From positions 84,630,001-84,694,000 of the forward strand of contig OX597814.1 of the NCBI GenBank assembly GCA_951406725.2: DNA of 64,000 nucleotides. Reading direction: 5' to 3'. A program made the translations under genes and the position numbers. A model generated the notes under the pieces. It had not been told where the DNA came from. It was given only the letters and a program-made list of their open reading frames with translations, and made no database searches. Position 1 is the stretch's first letter. Each line of letters begins with the position of its first letter. Shown piece by piece: positions 12,513-26,290 of the stretch. The DNA comes from Octopus vulgaris. Taxonomy: Eukaryota.

Positions 12513-14604
12513 CAGTAGTCCTCCAGTATTCACTGGGGTTATGTTCCTAGAGCACCTGGGAATAGTGAAAAACTGCGAATATTGGAAGTGGTCCAGAAAA
12601 ATGCCTATAAATGTCAAAATATAACGTAAAATATAATATTTAATAATAATTGAATAAAAATTAAAGTAAAATGTACTGTTGCTCACCAATAATGAATGCT
12701 ATTGGTTTAAGAAAATGATGATGAAAATAATGAAGGTAATGACTGCACAGCATAGAAGATTTAAAGCTCTTTAAGTGATGCCTTTTCTTTTGGTGTTTTA
12801 GGGGATATCATATCTTTGTGCAAGGCTTTCTTGGTGGGCTTGAGGAACAGTGTGATGGGAAGTTACTGTCGTTTCTTCATGGTGGCGAGGAGAGTTTTAT
12901 ATGTCGGCATGGCAGCATCAATGGCGTTTTTAAATTGGAGAGACTGAACCATATAGAGATCCCATGCTTCCACCTTCCCTTGCAATTCCTTTGCTCTCCT
13001 TAAAAGTTTAGACAGACATTCGATTGCTAGGCCCACCTCATCTTCCTCTCCCTCCTCCTCTTCGCTAACAGACTTTGTTAACTCCAACAAACCTCATCTG
13101 TCAGGGTTTCAGAGTGGGCATTAATGAGGTCATTGACCTCATCTTGTGTGACGTCATGAAAACCTTCGCCACTAAGTACCTTTGCCTGTTTCACAGCATT
13201 GTTGACAGCCACGTGTCCTTTCATGTCTTTAAGAGCAGCATGGATGACTGATAGGCACGTTGTGATTGTGAAGTTACACCAGTACTCCTTTAACTCGAAA
13301 TTCTCGTCCGAATCCATTGCATTCACAAGGTGTTGGAGGGAGTTCCAAGTGTAAAGTGCCTTGTAGGCACGAATCATGCCTTGATCCATAGGCTGGATGA
13401 GGGAGTTAGTGTTGGCAGGGAGGGACTTGGCTTGAACTCCTTTGTGATTCAAATCCAAAGAGTGACCACCAGCATTATCCATAACAAGCAACACCTTGAA
13501 TTCCATGCAAACATTTTGGAGGTATTCCTTGGCTTGAGGGATGAAGCATTGGTGGAACCAATTCAAAGTTAGACTTTTGGTAATCCAGGCCTTGGAGTTG
13601 TACATCCAGTGAACAGGCAGCAGATTTTTATTCTTATTTTTGAAGGCCCTTGGGTTTGAGGACTTGTAGTTAAATCTTGGATTCATCATGAAGCCAGCAG
13701 CATTGTGACATGTAATTAGCATCACTCTGTCCTTCTGTGCCTTAAATGCTGGGGCTCTGGTTTCATCTTTCATGATGTATGTTCTGGAAGGTATCTTCTT
13801 CCGGAACAAGCCAGTCTCGTCCATACTTAAAAACCTGTTCTGGCTTGTATCCCTTGTCCCCGATGATCTACCTGAAGGTCTCAAGGTTCTTCTCAGTGGC
13901 TAAACAGACTTTATTTTAAACTGTTTCTGGAAATGGTCAAACCATCCCTTGCTGGTTTGAAAATCTTCAGGCTTCGGTGCTGTCAATGGTCTTGGTTGCG
14001 GTTCTTCAGTGCTTTCTGCTCCGTCTCCTGTCAAACTGCTGGTATAATTTCCACACAGATGATGTTACTGCTCAAGGGAATGTTTTTCTTCTTGCAGTCA
14101 CTGATCCGCAATGCCAAGGCAGATTCCATCACAACAGTGTTTATTTCTCACTATCATTATCTTTTTGGCCGTTTCACAGAAACTTACTGCTACGGTGGTC
14201 CTGATTGCCACCTCGTTCTTCTTTATGTAGAGCATGGTGCTTTCATAGACAACATAATAGTGACCTACTGAAGCAAAACCTTTACCTTCCTGGAGCATAT
14301 CTAGCAGTTGTGCCTTCTCATGGAGCGTCATAACCTTTTTCTGCCGCTTAGGTGTAGGGTGTTTGGGTGGCACCTTAAAGCTTAAATTACACTCTGCAAA
14401 AAACACTACTCAACAAAATACTGGGCATAGCTACTGGACGCAGTCCCCCCCCCCCCCCAAAAAAAAATCTTCATTGCGTCTAATATGCATATACCACCAA
14501 TGGGAGATTAAGCAGTGATTAAAAATAATCATGGTTTTGAAAAATTTGGCTCATATTACCTCTAGATACAGTAATCTATACTATAATAATAATAATAATA
14601 ATAA

Positions 14605-14648
<44 letters not shown>

Positions 14649-15069
14649 CAAGTAACCTAATTTCAATGAAGCTTTATTGGCTCACGACCTTAAAAATTAT
14701 CTTGTTGAAATAAACATTGTGTATGGTAAAATGAAGCGATGATTTTTACAAAAACCCCTGGTAGCCTCTATACCAATTAGCAAGCTTTGATTGAAATCAG
14801 GAATAAGAGATACAAGATACAATGTACTTGTATCTAAAAGAAATCAAGCGACTTGATGCGCGGCTATTCTTATCAGAGGGACCTTCAGCGAAGGGGCGTC
14901 CAGTAAACTGGAAAATACGATATATTATTATTAATAGTTTAGCCTTGAAAAGTGTGAAAAAGTATATATTGCCACGTAAAATGCCATAAAATATCGCGGA
15001 TGATATTTCCGATTCTGCGAATATGCAGTGGTTTCCGCGAAAGCCGAACTGCGAATAAGTGGTACACTG
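12513..15069 (-). mobile_element. Full-length decayed Tigger/pogo DNA transposon (TIGD1-like transposase)
   Basis: Minus-strand ORF pieces 14406-14098 (CENP-B-type HTH, KRQKKVMTLHEKAQLLDML), 13884-13078 (MDETGLF, LLVMDNAGGH, LIQPMDQG DDE_1 motifs) and 13090-12863. Imperfect TIRs CAGTAGTCCTCCAGTATTCAC (12513) and reverse complement CAGTGTACCACTTATTCGC (15069), each flanked by TA. Confidence 0.9.
12863..14406 (-). pseudogene. Frameshifted Tigger transposase pseudogene
   Basis: Transposase split over several reading frames with stops and deletions. Confidence 0.85.
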
Positions 15070-15692
15070 TATATCCAACAATTATTTCCGTTTGTTGCCC
15101 TTGTTACATTTTTTGGAGAGAAATATTGTCGTTTATAAGATAAAATATGCAAAAGAATTTCTTCTATGTCACAGAAATGCCAAATCTCCAGTTAGTAGGG
15201 TTTCACCACCCAAACTGAAGAAATCTGAAGCATTTCCACAGCGCTATGACTTTCGATGAAATGATCACCCTAACTTTATGTCACTTTCTACACTAAGAAG
15301 GATTTTCATAGGCTAAAGAAGAAATTCTCTGAATTATTAGAGTTACAATAAAACTGGGTGAGGAAGTAAACACTGCAGTAGAATAAAATATTCGAAGACA
15401 AAAAACAAACCAAAATATAATCATAAAGAGCTAGTTGCATGAAATATTTGTTTATATTATATATACACTTCTATTTATACATTTGTTTATGGGTTGATGC
15501 TGCATTCAATATATAAATATATTTCTCCTGAAATTAAAATAACTGAATAGTGTTTGATTTCTATTAAAAATAACATGTAAATCAAATTGGAATGTTTTCT
15601 TTACTCCTTTAAGCTAAAGTCCACATTTGAATACGAAGCGATCAAGCAGAGCTAACTTTAAACGTCTTAATGTCAACTTTTCGCCAGACCCG
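15070..15692 (+). promoter_or_regulatory. Probable SPRING1 promoter / 5' UTR region
   Basis: Non-repetitive stretch directly upstream of the ATG, within a zone (about 14850-17800) where CpGs are visibly retained relative to the rest of the window. TSS cannot be determined from sequence. Confidence 0.5.
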
Positions 15693-15785
15693 ATGTTTAC
15701 GTCTCGCTTACTTAGGAAACGTTGGGTTTTAGCTGTGATATTCGCTTGTTCCTTTATCTATTTTATCGTCAGACTTTTGAGACCG
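15693..15785 (+). CDS. SPRING1: SPRING1/C12orf49 coding exon 1 (cytosolic tail and type II transmembrane anchor)
   Basis: ATG at 15693 gives MFTSRLLRKRWVLAVIFACSFIYFIVRLLRP, matching the human N-terminus RRLLRKRWVLALVF as I recall it. Donor CCG|gtaagg at 15786, phase 0. CpG-retaining surroundings. Confidence 0.93.
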
Positions 15786-16162
15786 GTAAGGCATATCTAT
15801 ATTTACTATTTATTTTACTCACCTCCATTTAATAACCTTTATTTATGATTTTCTTTAGCCTGCTGTTTGTTTAATGGTAGTGGGAATCTTCTCGCACCAA
15901 TTGGATCCATGCCAGTAAAGAGCAGACGTCGATCAAAAGACACCATCTAATCACTAAAACACACTTGATATAAAATTGAAATCTTTGGATTCAATCCCAT
16001 ATCGAAAATACACAATATTCTCTTTACATAGAATCTTTCTATTATTTTAGTACGTAGACATTAAATATCCGTCAATACATAAATAACGATCATGCTTAAC
16101 ATAAGTGCAAGGCCACAAATTTGGGGAGGGGAACAATCGATTATATCGATGCCAATATCTAA

Positions 16163-16228
<66 letters not shown>

Positions 16229-17996
16229 TATATATTTTTTATATCTTTGCTCTTTAATTTCCAAGCACACACTACCAAAATTTATATATGGTAAATTTTA
16301 TTTTAGCATTACATTCGCATCCTTGATTAGTTTATTTTTTCTAGAAGTTCTTTTATATAAATTTCGTTTTAATCACAATAAAGCGAAGAATGTGCATCGT
16401 TAGAATTAATATTTTGCTTTTATGTGATACCAACTCAAAAGAGTAAAATCTTCGACTTTCGCAGAGTCAGCTAAAAAACCTCCCCTTGACACATGTTTAA
16501 ACATCTGGTGCTTTCTTAGCAGTAAATTGATCTTATAAATTTCGCTGACGTCTCGCTTATTATTGCTGCGTTTATAGTCATTAATTACAAGCTATTTTTA
16601 AAAAACTTCTATTGAACAAAACACCATTGCAAATGATTGATCAACGCATGTAGTTGGTAGTAAATAAATCCATTATTAACGAGTTGATATTGTTTTCCAC
16701 CCGAAGTCACCCACGTATGTATGTCTCCAAGAAAAGATTTGAGCTTATCTCTTTCATATAAGGTGGTTGTTGCTGTCGTAGCATTATCTTAGTTGCGTGA
16801 TGAGCATATGTATATGTTTATATGTAACAATGATTTTTTGCATCGGTGCCAGAACTTTTGTGGGAAGGAACAGTCGATTTTATCGACTCTTGTGCTTGGT
16901 TGATACTTATTTTATCGACCTCCAGTTCCAATAAACATAACTCGGAGTTGTTCAATTTACAGAAGCCCCCCCCCCCAGTCATACCTTATTGTTCTTAACA
17001 AAAAGGTGAAACACATTAAATAATTTGGTCCTAAATATTACTATTCCTGATAAAATACAGCCAATGGTTAAAACTGGAATGCCTTTGATCTTAGGTTTGC
17101 TCAGCAGGGGTTAAACAACATTAGTAAAGGTACTGAAAGTGTAATAATGTCCACCACAATAAGTTACTATAAACCCATAAAAATACATACAAGCATACAA
17201 AATGGTTTCTAAATACAAAAATTATCTTATAAAAGGTAAACAAACAGTCGCACAGGGAATTGAACCATTTTAGTTTGACAATGAACGACAATATTCTTAG
17301 CCAGAATATTTCTGTTTACAAAAGTAATATTTAATACAGATAGAACAGTGCTTATCAAACGTTCGCTTCCTTTTTCAAAGCCCCTTTGCTGTAATTGTAC
17401 GTAATTATATACACCGCAAAAACTTGCTGCCGATGGTTGATCACTATTAAAAGACTATTTGGAATGTAAAAAAAAAAAAAAAGCAAACCAAAAAAAAAAA
17501 AGGTTTCGACCATTAATATTACCAGATGCTTCGCACACAGATTAAAATTGAAAATTGAAAGATGAATCTACAATCTTCTTACCGCCCCTTTAGTCCTAGT
17601 ATCCACATTATCCCCGTCCCAGAAGGTAGAATTGTTCATTTTGAGTAGCACTGCGATAAAGTGCCCTTAACTAAGTTTCAAAACAAATAGACTTTGAATT
17701 ATCCTCCACCCCTAACAAACAGAAAAGAAAATAAGATAAAGAAATAACTGTGAGGTCGTCCTATTTGTTCTACTGCTTCCAAAATTTTAATCATTAAGTT
17801 TTAGACAGCAAACCAAAACACGTTCAGTTCAAATACAAATATTTCAGAAATGCTTCTCATAACGAAACAAGAGCAGTTTATTTAAAAGTGTTATTCTAAA
17901 AATGTATTTAAACATTGTCTGTTATGAGAAGTATGTTACTTGTCATTATTGTTTACTCTTAGGTCAACCCTGATTGAGTAGACCTATGATCTAAGG

Positions 17997-18089
17997 CAGT
18001 GGTTCCCAACCTGTGGTCTGCGGAACCCTGATGGTCTGTAAAGGTAGTACTGGGGGGGGGGGGGCGTCTGTGAACTAAATTCAAAATTT

Positions 18090-18131
<42 letters not shown>

Positions 18132-18210
18132 GATAAGCATATTAAAAGGGGTCTATGGGAAAACTCATTTAAATAACTCATCTTGGTAGTGGAAAGGTTG
18201 GGAACCACTG
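17997..18210. mobile_element. hAT (Charlie-like) MITE
   Basis: Perfect 16-bp TIR CAGTGGTTCCCAACCT and perfect 8-bp TSD ATCTAAGG (17989-17996, 18211-18218). Confidence 0.95.
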
Positions 18211-19441
18211 ATCTAAGGTATTCTAACCATGACCATCTCATCTCTTCTCTATGCGCAGGGTTCCTGGACCACATTATCTAATTGTCTTTTCTAAGACATT
18301 CAGGAGAATAGCCTGCTATTTCTAACGGAGTGAGCCGCCATGTAGCGGCTCCCTAGTTGGCTCGTACGTTATTTATCATACAATATGGTGTTAGCTCTGT
18401 CCTGTTACTTAGCCTTAAGCTAGTCTTTGAATGAAGAAACTTGTAATCAAAGGAGGAGCTTCAAGCTAGTTTTGATTGATTAACCTTATTATCAAAGAAG
18501 CTCCAGCTGTGACCATCTTACATTTTTATTGTTTTTGTTTTTGACAAACACAAAGTATTTAGTGCTACATATTCAATGTATTGTTAGTTTTTAAATAAAG
18601 TGTGATTAAGGAGAGTTGACTATTTTTCCTAGCAGATCGATCGACTACATTGAGGGTTCCTCATTGGTTTGCTTCTTGTCTTATTTGGGGTCTGGAAGTA
18701 CAGAACTATCATGTTTTGTGTCACTTATTTTGGATTATAAGTATCATGACCCCTGTGATGTTTAGATAAATTAAAAAAACTTTTTGGTTTTTTTAATTTA
18801 AACATGTAACATGTTAAAATTTATAAGGTAATATTCACCAATGTAATGAACCTTTTATCACACTGGCTAGGCCATTTATATACAACACATAATGTTGGAG
18901 ATATAACTCAAGTTTAAAATATATCAGTTGCTAGTATGGGTTGAACAAAGCCCTAGGTGTGCACACTGCAATAAAGTAGTCTGACAAGAAACTTCTGATC
19001 CAAGAGAGCCCATTATCAACTTAGCTGTCTCTCAAGACTGAGCCAAAGACTTAACTTTGCTGATGTCAAGAGCAACAATGTTGCCTTGTTTTAATCCTTT
19101 AACATTTAATCTGGCCCACATATTCTACTTGCTTTATGTTAAAAGAGACCAGATCCAACCTCTCTTGTTTACCCTATAATGTCATTCTAAAAGTATACAA
19201 ACACATCATTGAAATCTTGAAGCGAGAAGTTAATGCGTGATTAATTCAAAACAATGTGAATAAATTAGCAATACATTTGACAAAGAAATCTGAATGCTAA
19301 AGGATTAGAGTTGTCAGGAATAAGGCCACTGATGTGTAACATAAGAGAATAAGTCTTTTTACAAAACTGGCTGTGCAGTAAATCTTATTAATGACTAAGG
19401 AGGCAGTAGAACTTACTGTCATGAATAAAGTGGTTGTTTAA

Positions 19442-19661
19442 CCCTTTTGTTACCAACCCGGCTGAAACCGGCTCTGGCTCTGAGTACAAATGTCTTGTTT
19501 TCACAAGTTTTGAATTAAAATCTTCCATCAAACCTAAGTCACAATTTATGTTCCTAACACTAACTGAATGATAACCAAGTTATTTTACTAAATTATATTT
19601 TATATTTAAAGTAATTCAAAGAAACACAGAGCATCTCAAAATAAATACAGTAACGAAAGGG
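19442..19661. mobile_element. piggyBac-type MITE family B (other copies 33248-33448 and an interrupted copy at ~44962-45700)
   Basis: TTAA TSD on both sides, TIR CCCTTTYGTTAC. Confidence 0.88.
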
Positions 19662-20682
19662 TTAAGCCCTATTTCATTACTGTATGAGATATTGGAAGGA
19701 ATGTGATAGAGCAGTAGAATATCACCAGCTTAGGTGATTTTGTAAATGATTAGGTTTTAAATAAAAGCATATAATGAACATATAACAATAATTTATTTGG
19801 TCATTACTAAAGATTTTCCCCTTCATGTTGTGTGCAGAGGGCAAATGAAACGTAAAAATTCAATTTATCAGACTATTACAGATGCAAAGTGTGAAGTGAA
19901 TTGAAACAGTTTAAAATACTACTGTAAATATTGGTTTCAAATTTTGGTGCAAGGCCAGCAATTTCACATAGGGCAAAACTTGAACTCAGAACAAAAAGAT
20001 GGACGAAATGGTACTAAGTATTTTGTCTGGCATGCTAACAGTTCTACCAGCTTATGTCCTTACAACTGAAAATATTGTTAAAAGCTATTATAAATCATTA
20101 GTATGGGTGATTAGTGACCAGAAATTATAGTTTATATTTTAATAATTATCTAGAGACACAGTTGATGTTCTTGAATAACTGACAGCTGATGGAAAAAACA
20201 TGGGCAAGGAGGAAAGTGCAAAGGGATAATATTTTGGAAAGGAAAGGCTAAGGAAAAGTGGTAAGTGTTAGGGGTGGGATGCAAACAATATGGGTAACAA
20301 GATGAGTGAGTTAAGAGGGATGGGTGAGGTAGTACAAGAACATATCTAGAAGACAAGATGGAAAAATATAATGTAGATGAGTATTGATGTTTTCTTTAAT
20401 TTGTTGAAAGAAGATTTGATAAGTATTGTCTTTTGTATATGACCTTTATGCTATAAATAGCTCATGCATCAAATATTTAGCTCAATATGTCATCACTGCA
20501 CGTGCTAATTTTATAATCCTCATCAAAGACTTAACATAATAAAGTTTTATCTAAATTGACATCAGTTTCTCCTTAAGTCTTAAAGATACTCTAGTTTTGG
20601 ATAGTTGCTAACCCTTTGATGGCATAAATACACTCCACATAAGAATACTACCAATATTTGTGTACACAAATATAATCCATGC

Positions 20683-20717
<35 letters not shown>

Positions 20718-20759
20718 ACTAATCGCATGCACTTACATTAAACTGCATCCTAGAAAGAG

Positions 20760-21539
20760 ATCTTAAGAAAAACTCCCTTTCATTAACAAATGGCTCATTG
20801 TTCTTCTTCATCTCACTTGTCTCTTCTACAATGACATCTACTTCTTTTGTATTGCTAACTCTGTCATCTCCATCTCATCTTTTCACTATATATGTTTCTT
20901 CCAGTTTCATGCTAAACATGTTGCCAGAACTTCATCTTTCTCAAACACTATATCACACTTCTCACAGTTAATTAAATTAAAATTAAACATGAACCACACT
21001 CCTTTAGCCTTCCTCAATCTTTCAATCTATGAGGACTTAAGAGGCTTAAAGGCTCTGACTAATGAATAATAATGAATATTGAGTCTCACATACACACAAG
21101 AATTGATATTTTTAAAGGAAAGAAATGGAAAATTGTGGCTATTGAGCTTTCACTGTTCTACCATACTATCAGTTCCAAATAATTGAATAATAACCTTTAT
21201 CTAGGTACAAATCAGAAATTTGTGGTTGATTATATCAACCCCAATTCTTGATTGGTACTTTATTTTATCAATCCCAGAAGGAGAAAAGGCAAAATTAACC
21301 TCTGTAGGATTTGAACTCTAAATGTAAAAAGCTGGAACAAACACTGCAAAGCATTTTGCTTGACACTTAAATGGTCACCAGTCCACCATTTTGGGACTAG
21401 ACCACCATCATTATCATCTCTTCTACTTGCAGTGTGTCAGACATTGTATGAGAGTGAATGACCTTCTTATATAGAGATTGCTGCTTTTCCATTAAAATGT
21501 TTTCTCTTCTGTGAGTATATGTGACATTGAAAAGATCTC

Positions 21540-21571
<32 letters not shown>

Positions 21572-21900
21572 ACACACATTCATTCTAGTTTCTATGAAGT
21601 CATATCTACCAGATTTGTTTGCCTTTCTCCTTTCAGTCAAAAACTTTTGCTGAGGAAGGTGAGAGACCATGGGAGTGAGCCCTACTGTGTATAGTGCAAT
21701 GAAACTTGCACTACTGAGCTCTCTTTGCCTCACAATCTTTCGATTGATATACCACAAAGTTTAGTTGTGTCTCCAACACACTTATGTCGTTAATGACCTG
21801 CTTTCTGTTACACCAATTTTCTTGGTAACATTCACATAAAATCTAGATAATTCATGCTAGACATGCACTACTTCTGTGTACAAAGGTCTTGAAGAATATT
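20760..21900 (-). mobile_element. Very decayed LINE RT remnants interrupted by a SINE
   Basis: Minus-strand VRQRELS (GVRQG-like) and RTE-like C-terminal remnants. Weak support. Confidence 0.35.
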
Positions 21901-24900
21901 TAATGGCAACATAACTTAGTTACCTTCAGAACTACAAAGGTATAATTGCTACTTATACTAATAAATTACACTTACTCTATGTGTGAACAACATGCAACTA
22001 AAGCTTTCAGTTACTATGAAGGTTAAGCTTGAAAATCATTAACCTCCTATGGTGACTTCACATATATAATGTTGACAAATGTGTATCTTTAGGCCAAAAT
22101 ATATTCCACTTTTGTTTATTTATAGGCTCTTTATAAATCTTAAATATAACCTACATTGAAGACTGTTCACATGTCAATGATAGTATGGCTGCTAGACACT
22201 AACACTTTAGATTGCACAGAATAAAAGAAAAACCATCCAACTGATTACAAATATTTGCTAACCAACACACTACATCCTATTAGTTCACACATGGGTTCTT
22301 CTCTCTCCCACTTATTGTGCTACTACAACAAACTTTGTTTCTATAACCCATTAGCATTTAAACTGGTTATATCCAGCCCAGATAGTCTACTTGTTTTATG
22401 TTCAAACTGGCCAGATCCAGCCTGTCACACCTACCCTACAATGTCATTCTAAAAATAAGCCATCACATCTTTAAAATCTTGAAGCTACAAGATATTACAT
22501 GATTAATTTTCAAAAATGTGAATAAATAAATACATTTGACAAAGTAATCTGAATGCTAAAGGGCTGAACTAGCTGTCTGCATACCAACTCTACCCAGTTC
22601 ACCTTGCTCACTTGTCTCTTTTTATCTTGTCATCCTGTTCATGACTTTTCCCATCCCAGATTTTGTGCAGAACACTTTACCTAATTTGTTCTTGTGTATC
22701 CCTCTAAAATTGCCTCTTGAACATATTGTTGTTGTTCTTTAGTCCTAAGACAGTTGTGCTTGAGCAAACATATTCATCTTCTATTTTTAGGAGTGTTAAG
22801 GGTCACATTATATAAAATATGTTTTTCTTGTTATTCTCTTTTTTAAGACAGAAGGGTATTATCTGAGGGAGACTTTGTTGCTGTTTAGAACAGTTTCGAT
22901 GACCATGCAGAAGTGTTTTTCCTGTGTTTTTAAACTAAATATCCATTTCATCAATTTAGATGAGCCTATCTAAAAATAAATAAATAAATAACTAAAAGAA
23001 AAAATAAAAGGATGAAAGAAAAATTAAAAAGGTGTTGCAGATGTCACAGTGGTATGTAGTGGTTCCTCTTAGTAGCAAGACTCTCACTTTCAGAAAGTAG
23101 CTAAAAGTTGTTTACAAGCTGAACTGAATCATAACCATTTGCTTCAGTGGGGTGTTTAAAGCACTTGAGCATTGTGGCTATTAAGAAAATAGTAATACTA
23201 CTTCCACAAATCTGCATCAATATATGATATGGAAAAAGAGATTTTTCTGTGGATAGTGATGCAGAATAGAATGAATACTATATTACTTAATGTAATCCAT
23301 GAAGAGTTGCATATCTGAAATAAAAACCTGTTGATGAAACCCATGGGCCACAAATATTAATAACTTCTGTTTACTGAAGAGAGTAGTAGTGGGTGTTGAT
23401 CTATGGCTTGGTTGTATTATACATGATGTAGAAGGAATGGATTGAATGTAATATAGCAGTGAAGTCTAGTCTTTGGAATGGATTGATTATACATTTAGCT
23501 GTGAGACTCAGTTCATGGAGCAATGTTATTATGTTCTTTTATTCTTTTAATTGTTTCAGTTATTGGACTGAATTGATTCTTATATAGCATCAAACTGTCA
23601 TGGTTCATGTTGATGGATTGTGATGCAGCTAGGAGGTCTATTCTGTAACTGAACTGACTGCTATATAGCAGTGACGTCTTGGTGTCTGATCTATGTAGCA
23701 GATAGATAGGAATGTATATAAAACTGAATGAACATCAGAAGATGCTAGCGCACATGACTATTCTATACAACTGACTTCTATGAATTAATGTAGAATGAAT
23801 CAAAGTTGGGTTCAAATAAAAGGGAATTGTTTTGCTTTGAACCTGATATGAAAAATGGTAATATTAATATGTTAAAGCCTTAAAGAAAGCAGCGAGTACA
23901 TCTTTCAATGCATGACAACAAATGGTATCGGATACCAGCTACTGCTGTGCATCAGATGGTAAACAGTTGGTGGACTTGGAACTAAGATATATGAATTGAT
24001 AGCAAGTGGGAAATATTAGCTGTTAAAATATAGCTGTTAAGTAAAGCTTAAATGAGAAAAGTATGTTGTATAGAAATCATGATTTAGTTATATATGTCTA
24101 CTATGTTTGTGTTTATTTCAGAATTAGAGCAAAACAAATCTAATTTCTAAATATGTGGATAGGAATTTGGTGCAAATAAGTTTACACAAGATCTTCCGAT
24201 AAGCATGATTGAACATGTGAGCTCTGTAAAGGTTGGTAAGATATACTTACAGAGTTTCTAGGAAATAAAATATTTTTAGATGGATAGTAATCTATATGGC
24301 TGTTAGACATAATTAGTTATGATCCTTGAAATTCTGAGTTCAAATCCTGCTGAAGTTGTCTTTGCTTCTGGAAGTCAATAAAGTAAATACTAGTCAATAA
24401 CTGAGGTATATATGAGTCTATGTTAGAAATCGCCATGTTTATAGGTGCAGGCAATGGTTGTGTGGTTAAAAAGCTTTCTTCCCAACCACATGGCTTCATG
24501 TTTAGTTCCAGTGCCTGGCACCTTGGGCAAATGTCTTGTACTATAACTACAGGCCAATCAATCCCTTGTGAGTGAATTTGATAGACAGAAACTGTGTGGA
24601 AGCCAGTTATGTATATGAATGTGTGTGTGTAAGCACGTGCACACATGTCTTTGTGTTTGTCACCTCTGCCATCTGACAAATGGTGTTAGTTTATTTACTT
24701 CCATGTAACCTAGCAGTTCAGCAAAAGAAACTGATAGAATAAGTATTAGACTTTATTAAAAAAATATGTACTGGGGTTGATTTGTTTGACTAAATCCTTC
24801 AAGGCAGTGTTGTAGCATGGCCACAACTCATTGACTGAAATTAGTAAAAGCTAAAAGATCAGTAAATGTAGCTGGCTAAATTTATATGGTCTTGATCTAA

Positions 24901-25234
24901 TGATAAGGGATTTTTATGGCTCAGTTCACCTGGCCATAAATAGATACTTGAAAGGTACATTATCTTTTATAAATGTCAAGTGGCTGCATGATTGACAAGT
25001 GTTTGCTTTCTGTTTTAATTTTTTTTTAAGGATTTAAAGTTAGGCTCAAATCTTCCCTTGGCCAAAACTCTGTAGACCAGGGATCTTATTCAAGAACAAG
25101 ATGTCTTTTGAATGCTGAACACTTTGACATACATTTAGCTTTGGAAAGTAGTTGTCAGTAAAAAAAGATTATTTTTCTGTAGTGATAAATTTCATTTATC
25201 AGTAGATGTAGCTATGGCTACAACAACAACAACA

Positions 25235-25820
25235 TCATCATCATCATCATCGTTTAATGTCTGTTTTCTATGCTGGATGGTTTGACTGAAGTTATGAAAG
25301 CCAGTGGCTGCACCAGGCTCCAATCTGATCTTGCAATGTTTCCACAGCTGGATGCCCTTTCTAATGCCAACAACTCCGAGAGTGTAGTGGGTGCTTTTTA
25401 TGTGCCACCAGCACAGGAGCCAGTCAGGCAGGTCTGGCATCAAACGCATTCGGATAGTGCTTTTTACGTGCCACCAGCATGGGAACCAGTCAGCAGGTAC
25501 TGGCATTGGCCACACTTGAATGGAGCTTTTTATGTGCCACCAGCACAGGAGCCAGTCAGGGGGCACTGGCCACAGCTATGATTTTGGTTTTACTTGACTC
25601 AACAGGTCTTTTCAAGCATATCATATTGCCCAACACATCAAGGGTACTTTTAAATGGGCCGGACATGCATGGCTGTGATTTCACTTTAGTTGCTGGGTCT
25701 TCTCAATTGCAGTATATTTCCAAAGGTCTAGGTCTTCTGTCATTGCCTCTGTGAGGCCCAACATTCGAAGATCATGCTTCACCACTTCATCCCATATCTT
25801 CCCGGATCTACCTCTTCCAT
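25235..25820 (-). repeat. RTE-related 3'-tail repeat with three ~66-bp internal tandem units and (GAT)n tail (related copies at 1-60, 2975-3200, 4800-5020, 7630-7850, 34350-34580, 39600-39747, 45040-45542)
   Basis: Unit GCTTTTTAYGTGCCACCAGCAYRGGARCCAGTCAG occurs three times. Shared TTGGCRTTAGGAAGGGCATCCAGCTGTAGAAAC motif. Confidence 0.75.
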
Positions 25821-25884
25821 GCTGTCAAAATTTTGCCCGGTGTGCTAATGGTTCTGCCATTAATAAAAATTGCTGCCTTTAATA

Positions 25885-26290
25885 AAAAGAAATATAGAGA
25901 TTTGCATTAAAATTGGAAAAAATGTGGCATCTCAAGATGATTGCAATACCAGTGATTGTTGGAGCACTAGGAATGATATAAAAAGAAAAAGGACCTGAAA
26001 TTTATTTGAGAATGATCCCTGCAAGAAGTGCAAAGAATCGTTTTAACTGGTACTTCACTCATATTGAGAAGAGCATTGTTGCTGTGAGAACAATAACCTT
26101 CCATGCAAATGATTTGTTTTCTACATAACTTTATTTGATTTTGTAAATGAACAATTTGGTGTGTTCATTTTAAGGGTTTATAAATGTATACAGTGAGTTT
26201 CTTTGCCCTAGGTGCCAGAAAGACACTCAGCAAGAAATGGAAACAAAATTGAAAGAAGAAGAAAAACTCGTAATAATAATAATAATAATA
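25885..26290 (+). mobile_element. R4/Dong-clade non-LTR retrotransposon 3' end in (TAA)n
   Basis: KYRDL..MWHLK..IPVIVGALG and QRIVLTGTSLILRRAL (C-terminus of the restriction-like endonuclease region), short UTR, then (TAA)n at 26271. Confidence 0.72.

Noticed and set aside
12863-14406. Domesticated TIGD-like gene
   Set aside because: Multiple frameshifts and stops, and TIRs with TA flanks are still present.
15627-15692. N-terminal extension from the TTG start given in the ORF track
   Set aside because: Eukaryotic gene. Homology begins at the ATG at 15693.
24122-24230. Exon-like segment (tttatttcag...AAAG|gttggt) in SPRING1 intron 1
   Set aside because: The frame continuing from exon 1 hits a stop immediately (AAT TAG), and SPRING1 is already complete without it.
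25380-25580. ~66-bp regularly spaced repeats (also 32250-32530) resembling a CRISPR array
   Set aside because: Eukaryotic context, degenerate units with related spacers, part of a LINE 3' tail, no cas genes.
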